The notes beneath the pieces are model-generated. The model did not search any database, was not told the origin of the DNA, and saw nothing but the letters and a program-made list of their open reading frames with translations. The translations under genes were made by a program, and so were the position numbers. This document shows positions 13,041 to 25,800 of a stretch of 64,000 bases of DNA, piece after piece. Numbering within the stretch: position 1 is the stretch's first letter; the number at the start of each line of letters is the position of its first letter. This stretch comes from Ylistrum balloti (Eukaryota): contig NW_026782608.1 of assembly GCF_031769215.1 (NCBI RefSeq), forward strand, positions 682,001-746,000, in the 5' to 3' direction.

Positions 13041-15234
13041 CAAGTCAACACAGACTGGTCGATTTTCCAGCTTCCTAACGACTAGAAATTAGAAAATTGA
13101 TCTTTACCTAGCGGTGCTCGTTTTCCTGTTTGCTGTTACTTAAGGAAATATTGCAAAAATATGTAGAATGATATAACGGTATGTTATGTATGTAGCAAAT
13201 ACATATTTCTTTCCTTTTTTATAGTAACTCTCTTCAGATCAATTTTACTACGTTACCAACTGTGCTGTCTAAGTCCGTAATACAGTTAAGGGTCCTATAA
13301 ACACCGCAATAAAATAGCGTACCGAATCCTTATCGAGAGCCGTATAATTATATATTACATTCTATTGTCCGTATCGATGTTTCCATCGTTTAAAAATGAC
13401 AGATGAATTTGGAACAATAGCTCCGCCCACCTAAGGTCAATGGTGCATAAATGATATGAGCTATTAGCAGCGAAGTATCGGATTGTCTCTTCACGTTCTA
13501 ATAAACAAGCTATCCATTCAAAGACATTTTAATATTTTATACAGATGTAATCTAGAGTGAAGTAGTTCTGTAATGAATTTAGGTGTAACGCCCGCATGTA
13601 TAACATCATTACCGATTTATGTAGAGTACAGATCCACTATCAGGAATGTCAGAATCTGTTCATTACACACAGAAACATGAGTTTTATCGACGTTGTTTTT
13701 GTTTTGCAATAAACCAAGAAACATTTCCATAATAGATCGTAGTCTATCCAACTTGAAAAGTTCCGCAAGACTAAAAGTATGATCATAGCGGAGATGTAGT
13801 ATCTTTTTATCTCCGACGTTCCTGCCAAGTCATTTTGACAAATAAAAATTCCTATTTACTCAACAAAAACTACCTGTCAGTGTGCGGGATACATGACGAG
13901 GGACAAACACTTCCTCGAGCAAAACAACCGGAAAACTAAGGAAATTCTAGGTCTATAACCGTACTCTTCTGTGATGGTTTACGTAATACTAATAAGATGT
14001 TCCTTATCAAGGTAAGTTTTATATGCCAACAAATGGCAATTAGTGTCTGGATTTACTAAACATACATTTACGTGGAAATATCTAGTTTTATATACATATG
14101 TTTAAATATATTTTCTCAACGTTTTACTATATCTTGATCACAATAATTGATTTGAAGTTATAACCAGACGCAGGAGTTGGTTATAATATCCCATATATTT
14201 CTTAATGTATCACTTACAAATCCATGTTAATTACACTGATGGAAATCCCTGAAGAAATACACGTACTTGTAACATGATATCCTTTAAAAAGAACACTTAC
14301 TATAGTTAAATATTCATACAATACAACAACTACATATCGGTAGAATGCTATGGAAATAATTCAATCCAATAGTAAAAGTCTGAGTATGATTAAAAAGTGT
14401 TAAGTTAAAACTTGGTGACCAACATCCATACCTGATTTTGTGGTGACATGTGAATCAATCCGATTAGATGTGATATGTCTTCATTATACACCACGTTTGA
14501 ACCGTTTACGTATCATTAAGATTTTAAGAGCTATATTACGTCACCAGAACACTGACATTTGTCGATGAGACTACACCAAGTGATAGAAAGAGTCAAGGAG
14601 ACAGACAACCTGAACAAACCAACCAACCAACGATCTATACAACAAGTAGACTGGTGGTAAATGAAAGTAATGACGTACAGTAGTACAGAAGCTTCTCAAA
14701 TCAATTTGTATAACCAATTATTGGAAATTAAATCTTTATATTTTTTGAAAATAATCAACATATCGGTGTTTTTAATAATATATTATCACAGATATTTTGT
14801 TGATACTGAATTCGGTTACACAATTTAAAAGGTTTGCTTTGTGATTAGTAGGACCATGGTTGTGCTCACTTAAATATCACCACATTTGTGTACTTAACAT
14901 CACCTCGTTAAACTTTGCATGAAAGGATTGTAAATACCTGCATTCGTTGAATTCCTACATTATCAGAATGAGAAAGATTTTTAGGGATAGATATGTAGCA
15001 CCATAGGGCGAGTGAAAGGAGTAAATCTTACAGAAGAATTTGGAACCATACAATGAGTAGGTAACGATCTTATCGCCACAACAGGACGTTATCATAGGTC
15101 TGATAAATATCGGTAGTTGATAAAGAGTTTACGTTGAAACGGAAACACATTTATTTAGCCTTTTCTTATCATTGTAACCGTGCGAATATGCATCAAGTCC
15201 AACAGACCACTCATAAATAGAACACCGAATCCAT

Positions 15235-15785
15235 AGACTACTATTAAATGATACATAAGTTCTACAGACTACGTATAATGGTGCGTCAGTTTCAAAACCT
15301 TCTATCAAATGAGCATCAAACTCGTAGACTACTATTAAATGGTGCATCTGTTCCAAAGACTACTATTAAATGGTGCATCGAATCTATAGACTACTATTAA
15401 ATGGTGCATCTGTTCCAAAGACTACTATTAAATGGTGCATCTGTTCCAAAGGCTACTATTAAATGGTGCATCAAATCCATAGACTACTATTAAATGGTGC
15501 ATCTGTTCCAAAGACTACTATTAAATGGTGCATCTGTTCCAAAGACTACTATTAAATGGTGCATCAAATCCATAGACTACTATTAAATGGTGCATCTGTT
15601 CCAAAGACTACTATTAAATGGTGCATCAAATCCATAGACTACTATTAAATGGTGCATCAAATCCATAGACTACTATTAAATGGTGCATCGAATCCATAGA
15701 CTACTATTAAATGGTGCATCAGTTCTATAGACTACTATAAAATGGTGCATCAGTTCTATAGAGTAGACCTAAATGTTGCATCATT
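15235..15785. repeat. 31-bp minisatellite (about 14 well-conserved copies plus degenerate flanks)
   Basis: Unit AGACTACTATTAAATGGTGCATC plus an 8-bp variable part (TGTTCCAA / AAATCCAT / AGTTCTAT); core 15326-15759. Confidence 0.9.
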
Positions 15786-18281
15786 TGTTACCAATATTCA
15801 AGATATATTTATTGTCCATCCTGTCGTTTGAACAGGTTCCTTTTTGTTTTTGTTTGTTTTCTGTTAGCTCATGTGATCTCTTGATAACAGCGGCATATCC
15901 CTTTTAGCCATTTCATTGTGCTTTACGTTGTATAGTGTCACTGATTTAACGTGTTTTCGATAACTAGACTTTCTATAATAAATAAAATATCAAATTAATC
16001 ATTTCATGATCGATCTTGCGTAACTTCATGAAAACATTCGACAACAAGCAGGCTTGCTATATACATAAAGAACTGGGTAGAATAACTATGATATTCCCTA
16101 ACATCGATGCGTGATGATTTTGATTTCCCTTTTGCATATTTTCCCTTTCTTGATAGCTACAATCCGGCATTTTCATTGCACGGAGGTAACATGTACGTAC
16201 AAGAACTAACACATAACACAGCATTTTAAAAGATGTAGGTTTATGAAAATTATAAGTTAGTTTTACGGTCGTCAAAGTGGTCTGTGAGAAATTGTGTTAT
16301 TGTACAATATGAAACGTTTGCTTGTTGTTCTGCTGTTATATATCTTGGACGTGACATTACTTACTTGGATTGACCTTGATTTCCGTTGGGAATGTTGTTG
16401 CTAAAGCAGAAAGCATAATACGCGTTCTCTTCCGAAACATATGGTCTTATCCTCCTTGTACTTTTTCAAAAGTCTCCGTGTATATCTTTAATGATATTAC
16501 TTTAGTTTTATAGAATTTAAGTTTGGATGCTGATTATATAAACATAAGTTGGTAATTTCTTATTGTTGTTGTGAAAGCAATCTAATTCTAAACATGTCGT
16601 TTTACTATTTAGTAACGATTTATTCGTGTTTTCTCGTCGACTGTCGGGAAGAAACCTTGACCGAAATTCTGCAAACATATTTTTATATTCCCTGGCCGAC
16701 AACGCTTAATTTATCTCTGAAAATAGCAGACATTTACTTCAGGCATCACCCCCGTCTAATTGGACGTATATACTCCTAATCACCCGGACTAATTCTCCAA
16801 TTGCAGCTATACGCGAATCTGCATTAATCTGTCTTCAATGCAACATGCCCACGGACACCCATTAAATCAGGTCTGCAGCTTTTTAAAAAAGTTTTTTTGG
16901 AGCAAGTCTGAAGTTTGATGAGGAGTGTTTGTAGGTTTAGCATCTACAGCACGTGTTATACGTGTCAATTACACGATTGTGAATCCGAGAACCTTCCAAA
17001 CAGACCAGAATACGGGGACATCTGTATTATTCATTTGGCACTAGATACTTTCTCTAGCTTCTTCTAATTTAATTCGAGTCGTCTCCATTTCTTCTGTCTT
17101 CTTATGTTTCAACTGTATGCAATACATACATTTGTAGTTGCAGACACACTCCCTCCCCGATGCATAATAACTGCACAAACATAAGATAATGCTTCATTCT
17201 ATATGCTTTAAGTTTCCTGGAAGCTTGAAGTAAATTTTCCTTTTCATGAATAAACAATAAGATGAGATCAAGTATTCAGCCTCTTAAACAATACTTTTAT
17301 GGATCAGAATGTACAGGGGCCATTAAGAGCTCTTGGTAGACTTGATAAACGGACTGTGAGAATGAGGAGAGATCCATAACACCTTTTCAGCCTTATACGG
17401 AAGACTAAAAAGGCAAAAGTGTGTTAGATAAGATCTCCTTATAAAATGATGACAATAAATCAAGATTCTAATGCAACGACAAATATTGAAATTGAGAAAA
17501 ATCTAGAAATATGAAATTTAGCAAATGAAATAACGATGAGACGAAACATTCTGTCGAATGATAAGAGTGAGCGTGCCTGCACCATTTTCTGTCATGATGT
17601 CATAAATGTATGACGTCATAGTTTTTTAACTTATGACATAGTCAAATGGTTATAGTGGAAATAAATCAATAATCTGTAAGCCTAATACATATATATGAAT
17701 TAGAGAAAAATGGGACTTAAGTTTCTACCTGAAGGTTGCCTATAAGATAAAACAACGTAGGACTGTCAAACATAAATTTTAAGTGACAGTAAAGTTGGCA
17801 CTGTATATTTTAACTTCAAGGACACACAGTGCAGATAAATATTTAGCCATGAAATTAGATTTCATATCGCCAAACTAAACCCCTATACTGAAAAAAAGAA
17901 GATGGAAAGAGGCCAAACGTATCATAAACTAATTTCCATTTCATACAGACGTGGATTTCTGTTACCACACTCAAAAGAAACTGTACCCCAGACTGTAATC
18001 GTGCGATCACAAATTAAAACACGGTATTTAAAATACGAATTCTTAATACTATATCATTGCAGGTTTTTTTATCTTTTATTATTTTTTTATGTGTCGGATT
18101 TCTTAGATTTACATGGTTGTTGTTGTCAGTTGAGCAAAACACAGGTGCTTATTTTCATGACTTTTAAGGGTCTCAGATTTTTTTTATTAATATTTTGTTT
18201 ATGGTTTGGTCAATTTTGTTTGTTATGATTTCTTGAAAAATGGCGAGGGTATAGTAAACCAAGGCAACGTCCTTTATTTTA

Positions 18282-18715
18282 GATATTATAAATGATAAGA
18301 ACATTAGAGAAGACTTAAATTACACCAATTGGCATACCTTGCTAGACGACGGGGAATCATGGGAGGTCTTTACTGAAATAATATCATCATTAGGAGAAGA
18401 AAATGTACCAGTGAGCAAAGTCGAACCTGAATTACCGAAGGAATCTGCAACATTAGATAAGCGTGCACAAGAAGCCATTAGAGAGAAAAAGAGAAATGGT
18501 GCACATTCCAACATTGTTGCACAACTGATAACTGGGAAATGTATAAAATATCAAGAAAACACGCGACATCTTCTAGCAAAGGCATCTAAATAATACCTCT
18601 TTTAAAAAAAGCTCGCCAATCAGATTATAGAAAACCCGAAAGATTTCTGGAAATATGCACGGTCTTAAACCAAAATTAACAAACTAGGTTGTTTGGAGGA
18701 CTCTCAAGGCTAAGC
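18282..18715 (+). mobile_element. Degraded CR1/L2-like LINE ORF2 fragment (APE-RT linker region)
   Basis: Translates DIINDKNIREDLNYTNWHTLLDDGESWEVFTEIISSLGEENVPVSK...EAIREKKR, then after a stop/frameshift KKLANQIIENPKDFWKYARS*TK. The W..F........VP and NPK.FWKY.RS motifs are typical of this region. Confidence 0.7.
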
Positions 18716-19560
18716 AAACATCGGAACGACGATCCCTACATTCTGTATTGTTACGCAATCTGACAACTGATCATACAAGGATACGCCTCCAGAAGTCTAA
18801 AGAGCTTATATTGTTGTTTAAATGACATAACTGACATCATTGAGATATTTGTTACATCATACTACCGATGTTATGTGCGAAAACACTTAAAATATTTCTT
18901 TGCTCTTAAAATCTTTCCTTGTCACCAGTTTTGTGGTTGATTAACAAATCAATGTTGCTTAATGAATGATATTCCATAGATATGTACTAATGGACCAATG
19001 GATGACCTGTTTTCTCAACGATATAAAATGGGATTGTGATAAATGGCCCTACCAGCAGTTAACTGCAAGGAAGAATCTTATTATCTTTTCAAGTAACATA
19101 TCTAATATATCACAAAATGTTTAAACATATTGTGTATTACTTTGAGAAATACATATCCCCATATCGATTCCCATCAACTGCTCTACTAAGATTATTTATA
19201 AACACGGTGCCCTTAAAAGTAAATTCACATTCCAAATTTTAGCTCATTATCTCTACGCATGACAAAACTCGGAAAATCATAGTTTTGGATCAATTTCATT
19301 TTTGTTGAAATGGTTATTTCTCTACTTTAATGGAAGAAATCCGGGAAAACGAACAAAATCAACAATAAAGTCTAATATACCTAAAAGTAAGATAGTGTCT
19401 AACACATTGAACATTTTCAATAGCCTGTTGTCAAAGTAACATAACCTAATAATTAATACGTCTGACCGTCTCAAAAGAAATCCAAATGTAAAGCAGTTTA
19501 TTGGTTTCAATAGTAAATCAAAATGAGAAGATTTCGCAAACTATAAAAAAAAACTGAGAA

Positions 19561-20545
19561 ATTAGACCATAAGTATCACGATTATACAGCTGTATGGCCT
19601 GAGATATTAGACCATAAGTATCACGATTATACAGCTGTATGGCCTGAGATATTAGACCATAAGTATCACGATTATACAGCTGTATGGCCTGAGATATTAG
19701 ACCTTAAGTATCACGATTATACAGCTGTATGGCCTGAGATATTAGAACTTAAGTATCACGATTATACAGCTGTATGGCCTGAGATATTAGAACTTAAGTA
19801 TCACGATTATACAGCTGTATGGCCTGAGATATTAGACCATAAGTATCACGATTATACAGCTGTATGGCCTGAGATATTAGAACTTAAGTATCACGATTAT
19901 ACAGCTGTATGGCCTGAGATATTAGACCTTAAGTATCACGATTATACAGCTGTATGGCCTGAGATATTAGAACTTAAGTATCACGATTATACAGCTGTAT
20001 GGCCTGAGATATTAGAACTTAAGTATCACGATTATACAGCTGTATGGCCTGAGATATTAGACCATAAGTATCACGATTATACAGCTGTATGGCCTGAGAT
20101 ATTAGAACTTAAGTATCACGATTATACAGCTGTATGGCCTGAGATATTAGACCATAAGTATCACGATTATACAGCTGTATGGCCTGAGATATTAGAACTT
20201 AAGTATCACGATTATACAGCTGTATGGCCTGAGATATTAGACCATAAGTATCACGATTATACAGCTGTATGGCCTGAGATATTAGAACTTAAGTATCACG
20301 ATTATACAGCTGTATGGCCTGAGATATTAGACCATAAGTATCACGATTATACAGCTGTATGGCCTGAGATATTAGACCATAAGTATCACGATTATACAGC
20401 TGTATGGTCTGAGATATTAGACCATAAGTATCACGATTATACAGCTGTATGGCCTGAGATATTAGACCATAAGTATCACGATTATACAGCTGTATGGCCT
20501 GAGAAATTAGACCACAAGTATCACGACTATATAGGTGTATGGTGC
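19561..20545. repeat. 45-bp minisatellite, about 22 near-identical copies
   Basis: Unit ATTAGACCATAAGTATCACGATTATACAGCTGTATGGCCTGAGAT with ACCAT/AACTT/ACCTT variants; each copy contains the palindrome ATACAGCTGTAT. Shorter derived repeats follow to about 20705. Confidence 0.97.
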
Positions 20546-22873
20546 TCTAAATTTCTATACAGCTGTATGGTGCAGTATATTTCGATACAGCTGTATTTTA
20601 TATGTTTGGTGCTGTATATTTGAATACAGCTGTATGGTGCAGTATATTTGAATACAACTTAATAGTGCATTATATTTCAATACAGCTGTATGGTGCATTA
20701 TATTTCATTATTTGTGCATCTTATTCTAAATTTGTATCTAAACGTTCTATTCATTTGTGTCTTTTGTAAATTCATCATATATCGATTGATATCATTATGC
20801 CTTTTATAGATAATTATAACAAGACTTCATGTATTTTTTTCTGACAAAGATAAAGACAAAACTGACAACATTTATTGACTATTGGAATGATAACAGTATT
20901 TATTACAACAAAGAAAACATAAGCAGAAGTTATGAATTACAGCCCCGCCACAACGAATGATAACAGTATACTTATGTCGCTACATGTCAATTAAATACAA
21001 GTTTTACTACAGTTTCAATGATCAAAGAAGTAAAATGAATGAGTATATGATAACATGGCCAAATTTTCCAGCGGAAATTCACTTAATGTTCCGTCTTAAC
21101 AAAGTATTTTGCTACATGTAGACGCACCCTTAGGAGGCGCTGATAGTGTTCTATTAAAACAGTTCAATGTTACCAAAGGATATGTCTTCTTCGAAGAAGC
21201 GATCCATTTCATGTCTTCAAAATGTAACTGATTTGTAAACAAAATACTCTTTTTATACTTTCCAAAAACATTAAATTTCCCACTCACCTTCATCTTGTCT
21301 TTATATGAACAAGGAGAAATTACCAAGCAAAATTTAAACAAGTCATTTCAAGTGTTTTGAAATAAATAGCTTTTCTCCAAAATTCAAAAGTGACGGTGCA
21401 TGGAGAAATCCTTGATTCACATCTCGAGTTGTCTGACAGAAAACGCATTGAGGAAGGAAAGCTAGCCACAAGAAGTAGTAGTCAGGTTATGAGTCAGTAT
21501 CTTATACAAACTTAACATTGAGCGGTTAAGAATTCTTTAGTTGCTATGTGTTAAACAAAAGAAGATGATTGCGGTGGTGGATAGATGAATTCTAAAATGA
21601 ACAATAAGTATTTGAAGACAGTGTCCGACTTTGAAGTCACTGAGCAGATTATACGTGCAAGGCGATGATATGGTAGCTTATGTTGTGTAACTAGCAGCCA
21701 ATGTACAGGTGGTGTGACAGGCGATGTTGTGTTTCACAGACAATTTCCTCATACTCCGTTCCTGTAATGTTTTGACCCTATCTGCCTCTCCTCAATATCT
21801 GTGTTCTCCACGACAACGGGCTGAACAACTCTGAAACATTAAACACTTTTGATTAGGTTTGACGGAAACATTCCTAAAATATTTTTAAGATATCGACAGA
21901 TTTGTGGATATTTTCACAATGAGTAATTCCAAAATATGAGTACCTCAGTATTCAAAATATTTGGTTTCATGGCAATATTGATTCCGAAATTATACTTTCA
22001 ATTGCAACAAACATTATGCTTTGATAAACAAAGGAAATAAACTGCTTTACAAAGGGAATGCTATGTGATGGCATGTAAGGTCTAGTATGTGCAATCACCG
22101 TCCTTCAAAAGGAAGGCAAATCTAGATGTCTAAACTTTGATATTTCGTTCAAAGACGATTTAACAGTAAATGTTTTTAAACTGGTAGTCGTTCTAAAGTT
22201 CACCAGTACGTTACCAAGAAAAGTTTAATAAACTGGAGTTATTAAAATATGTGTTTCTATGCATTTATTTGTACATAATCACAACAACAATATTATTGAT
22301 CAATATGGAAAGCATTCTTCACGTTAAATCATGGCATGTGATTCATATAGTTTTCTTTGATATTCATCTTTAAGCTTTAGCAAAGTTTGGCTATAAACAT
22401 TTATTTGCTATTTTCAAACGGACCGACGAAAGCAAAACTTGCTCTTTGCATCTGATCATATCAACTCGGAGATAACAGCATAGATTATTTTCTAATTACC
22501 ATAAAACATCGGGGTTAGGTATAAAAGTCAACATATGAAAGTACCAACATTTTTCTTTTTCAAGCTTTGTATGATAAGACCGCAATACCAAAGAAATAGA
22601 CATATTCCACTGACAAACTGAACGTTGTGTGTATTAGTTCTTTGTCTGCTTCACTCATGACGAGGATAAAGTGTGACAGAATGGTTAATTAGGGGGCCTT
22701 TTTTGTTACGCAGTTGAAGCAGTTACATCATAAGTGCCGAGGCCCGTCACATAACATAGATTACAGACATAGCGTTATCAGAGAGGTATATCGACTTCAA
22801 CCCTATTGTCAAAACATCGTTACTACTCACATAGTACCGTCTGAACAAACAGGGCATTCAGTACAACTTCGGG

Positions 22874-25800
22874 TTAACGAGATGTTTTGAGACTTTTTAT
22901 GTGTGTTTCGATGTTCAATCTGGTGTAATATTATAGTAATAGAAACAATATATCTAGTTGTTAATGTTTTTGAACCTCAGCTGGTATTGAGAGCAACAAA
23001 TATATCAATACCAAACATACAAATGAAAACAGTCCTAAAAGTATCTATTTAAATTAACGAGTTTTTGTTTAGTATACTAAACCAGGGCAACATTATTTTT
23101 TGTCATGGGAATTTCACGAATGTTATTCCTATCATTTGGGAAAATGACATTCCTTATATGGATTGACCAAGATTTACATGGCGGTTGTCGTTGATAAAGC
23201 AGAAGATATTTACTCTTCCGGAATACCTGGTCGTATTCTCATTGTACTTATTCTGGAGTCTCCCTGGAAGTCTTATTTAAATCATATTTTGCCTTAACTT
23301 GGTTGATGTTTTCTTCTGTTAACATGTCGGCATTTGAAGTTAAGCTTGAACATAATGTATCTATTTTTAACTTTGTAGAAAATGTTGTTATTTGTATCTT
23401 TTGTACATTTTCATTGGTCACAAGTCTTTAGATGAGTGACGTTTTAAAGTATCTTTACAGAGTCAAAAGCGGTCACAGAATTAATACGAAGTAACTCCTA
23501 ATGAATATTTCTCTAAATCGCGATGACATTATAAACAAACCTTAAGAAGTTCTGGTTGTTTTTATTATTACTATTGTTGTTGTTTATGTAATTGCTCCAG
23601 AGGTCGTGCTGTCTAGGCAAACAACAAAAATAATATTAATATAGTAACAGGTACCGCTGATATTGCCAAAGTATCATTTGATATACCATGCCAATGTTTT
23701 GTTTAACAGATCTTGGCGACAACAAAAGAGCTTACACATTTTGGCAGATTCCGTGGTACGTTTTCATGATCCTGGGGACCCGCTCTAGAGCCTCTCCTCG
23801 CATGTTCATACACATCAGTCCCGTTGCACATCTATAAATAAAAGATCACTTGAGAGACAAAGCACATTGCGACAAACTATTCAAAGAAAGATGACTACCT
23901 ACAGTAGTGTAATACGCAAAATATCACAAATATTCCATTTTATCTTTCTAACATAACTCCATACTTTATCAGAGGGTCGAGTCGCTGAAACAGAAGATTA
24001 CACGTGCGTTAAGTAGATTAACATCCTTGGATATCATTTAACACTAAGTTTAACTATTTCTACATAGGAATCATGACTCATGTACTATTGTGATACACTC
24101 TTGACCGACTATGCTGAAACTGCACAGTATTACTGATGCAATTACCTTTCTGAATACACTAGACGCCGTGATTACGTAACTTATTAGTATTTTACTACAT
24201 TTCTTAATACTAGACAGCATTGTAACTTCGTAAATCTACACGGTACTATGTTATGACACTTAAACAACAGCATTGTACTATAAAATACAGCATGTTATTG
24301 CATACTTTATAACATTAAACACCATTGTTATTACAACGTATGATAATAAACAGCTTTAGGATATTTTATGGTAGTGCCTACACATTCTTTAATGCAACAC
24401 TGCGCTCTAAATATATGGCATGATATAACTTGATATCAGATTTGCATCACTTGCTACTACTTGACATTGTTCCGGTATCTGAGAGACTGACAAAACCGAG
24501 CAGTTGACAATGCTGTTAAAACCAGGTTCAAAACTGCGGGATTTGTTTTACTCTGGTGCCAGGCATCTTAAGTACGAGATGTGAACAATGCATCATCAGG
24601 TAAACGTGCTCATTTTCAAAGTGCGTGTCATTGTAATGAGTTACAATCATTATCCAAAATTAAACTATTATAGACTTTTTACGAAAGTTTGTAAACGAAA
24701 ACATTGTTTTACAGTTCTTTAAACTTTGTTATTACAAGGTAAAATCGATTATGTGATTGGTTTATGAATTTATCCTGACATTATTTAGTCTCCAAAATGT
24801 TTCAGAGGTACAATGCGAAGTGTAGATTACTTACTTCAGTTGAAATTTTGTGCGGAAAATAATATTGTACCAGTAGATGCCATCTTCAGTTGACTAAAAT
24901 AATTGACCTGTATCAAAGTTGGTCTAAAATGCATCCTGATATATTTCAATATTTTAAAAAGAGGACCAGTAATGAAAGGAAACTGACAACAAATAGAACC
25001 AAGGAACCTGATGTCAACTCACACAGAAACCGCAGGGATGGTGAATGGTTCTAACTCGTAAATAAACAACTGATACTGACTTGTTGAATTACCAAGTAAT
25101 GCTGACTTGTGAAGTTAACTGATACTGACTTGTAACGTTAAATGATACTGACTTGTTGAATTACGAAGTTATACTGACTTGTAAAGTTAACTGATACTGA
25201 CGTGTAAATTTAACTGATAACTTGTTAACTTGATGAATTACCAAGTGATACTGACTTGTAAAGTTAACTGATACTGACTTGTAAATTTAACTGATACTGA
25301 CTTGTAAAGTTAACAGATACTGACTTGATGAATTACCAAGTGATACTGACTTGTAAAGTTAACTGATACTGACTTGTAAATTTAACTGATACTGACTTGT
25401 AAAGTTAACAGATACTGACTTGATGAATTACCAAGTGATACTGACTTGTAAAGTAAATTTAACTGATACTGACTTGTAAATTTAACTGAATTACTGATAC
25501 TGACTTGTAAAGTTAACAGATACTGACTTGATGAATTACCAAGTGATACTGACTTGTAAAGTTAACTGATACTGACTTGTAAATTTAACTGATACTGACC
25601 TATAAAGTTAACTGATACTGACTTGTAAAGTTAACTGATACTTACTTGTAAATTTAACTGATACTGACTTGTTGAATTACCAAGTGATACTGACTTGTAA
25701 AGTTAACTGATACTGACTTGTAAAGTTAACTGATACTGACTTGTTGAATTACCAAGTGATACTGACTTGTAAAGTTAACTGATACTGACTTGTAAAGTTA

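Noticed and set aside
15326-15759. CRISPR-like repeat/spacer appearance
   Set aside because: The spacers are 8 bp and recur, there are no cas genes, and the context is eukaryotic.
19561-20545. Palindromic repeats suggesting a CRISPR array
   Set aside because: There are no unique spacers; it is a head-to-tail minisatellite.
21120-21145. CTCF-like motif CCCTTAGGAGGCGC
   Set aside because: It has several mismatches to the consensus and no supporting context.
21380-22220. Possible retroelement remnant with protein-like patches
   Set aside because: Too degenerate; no RT or endonuclease motif could be supported.
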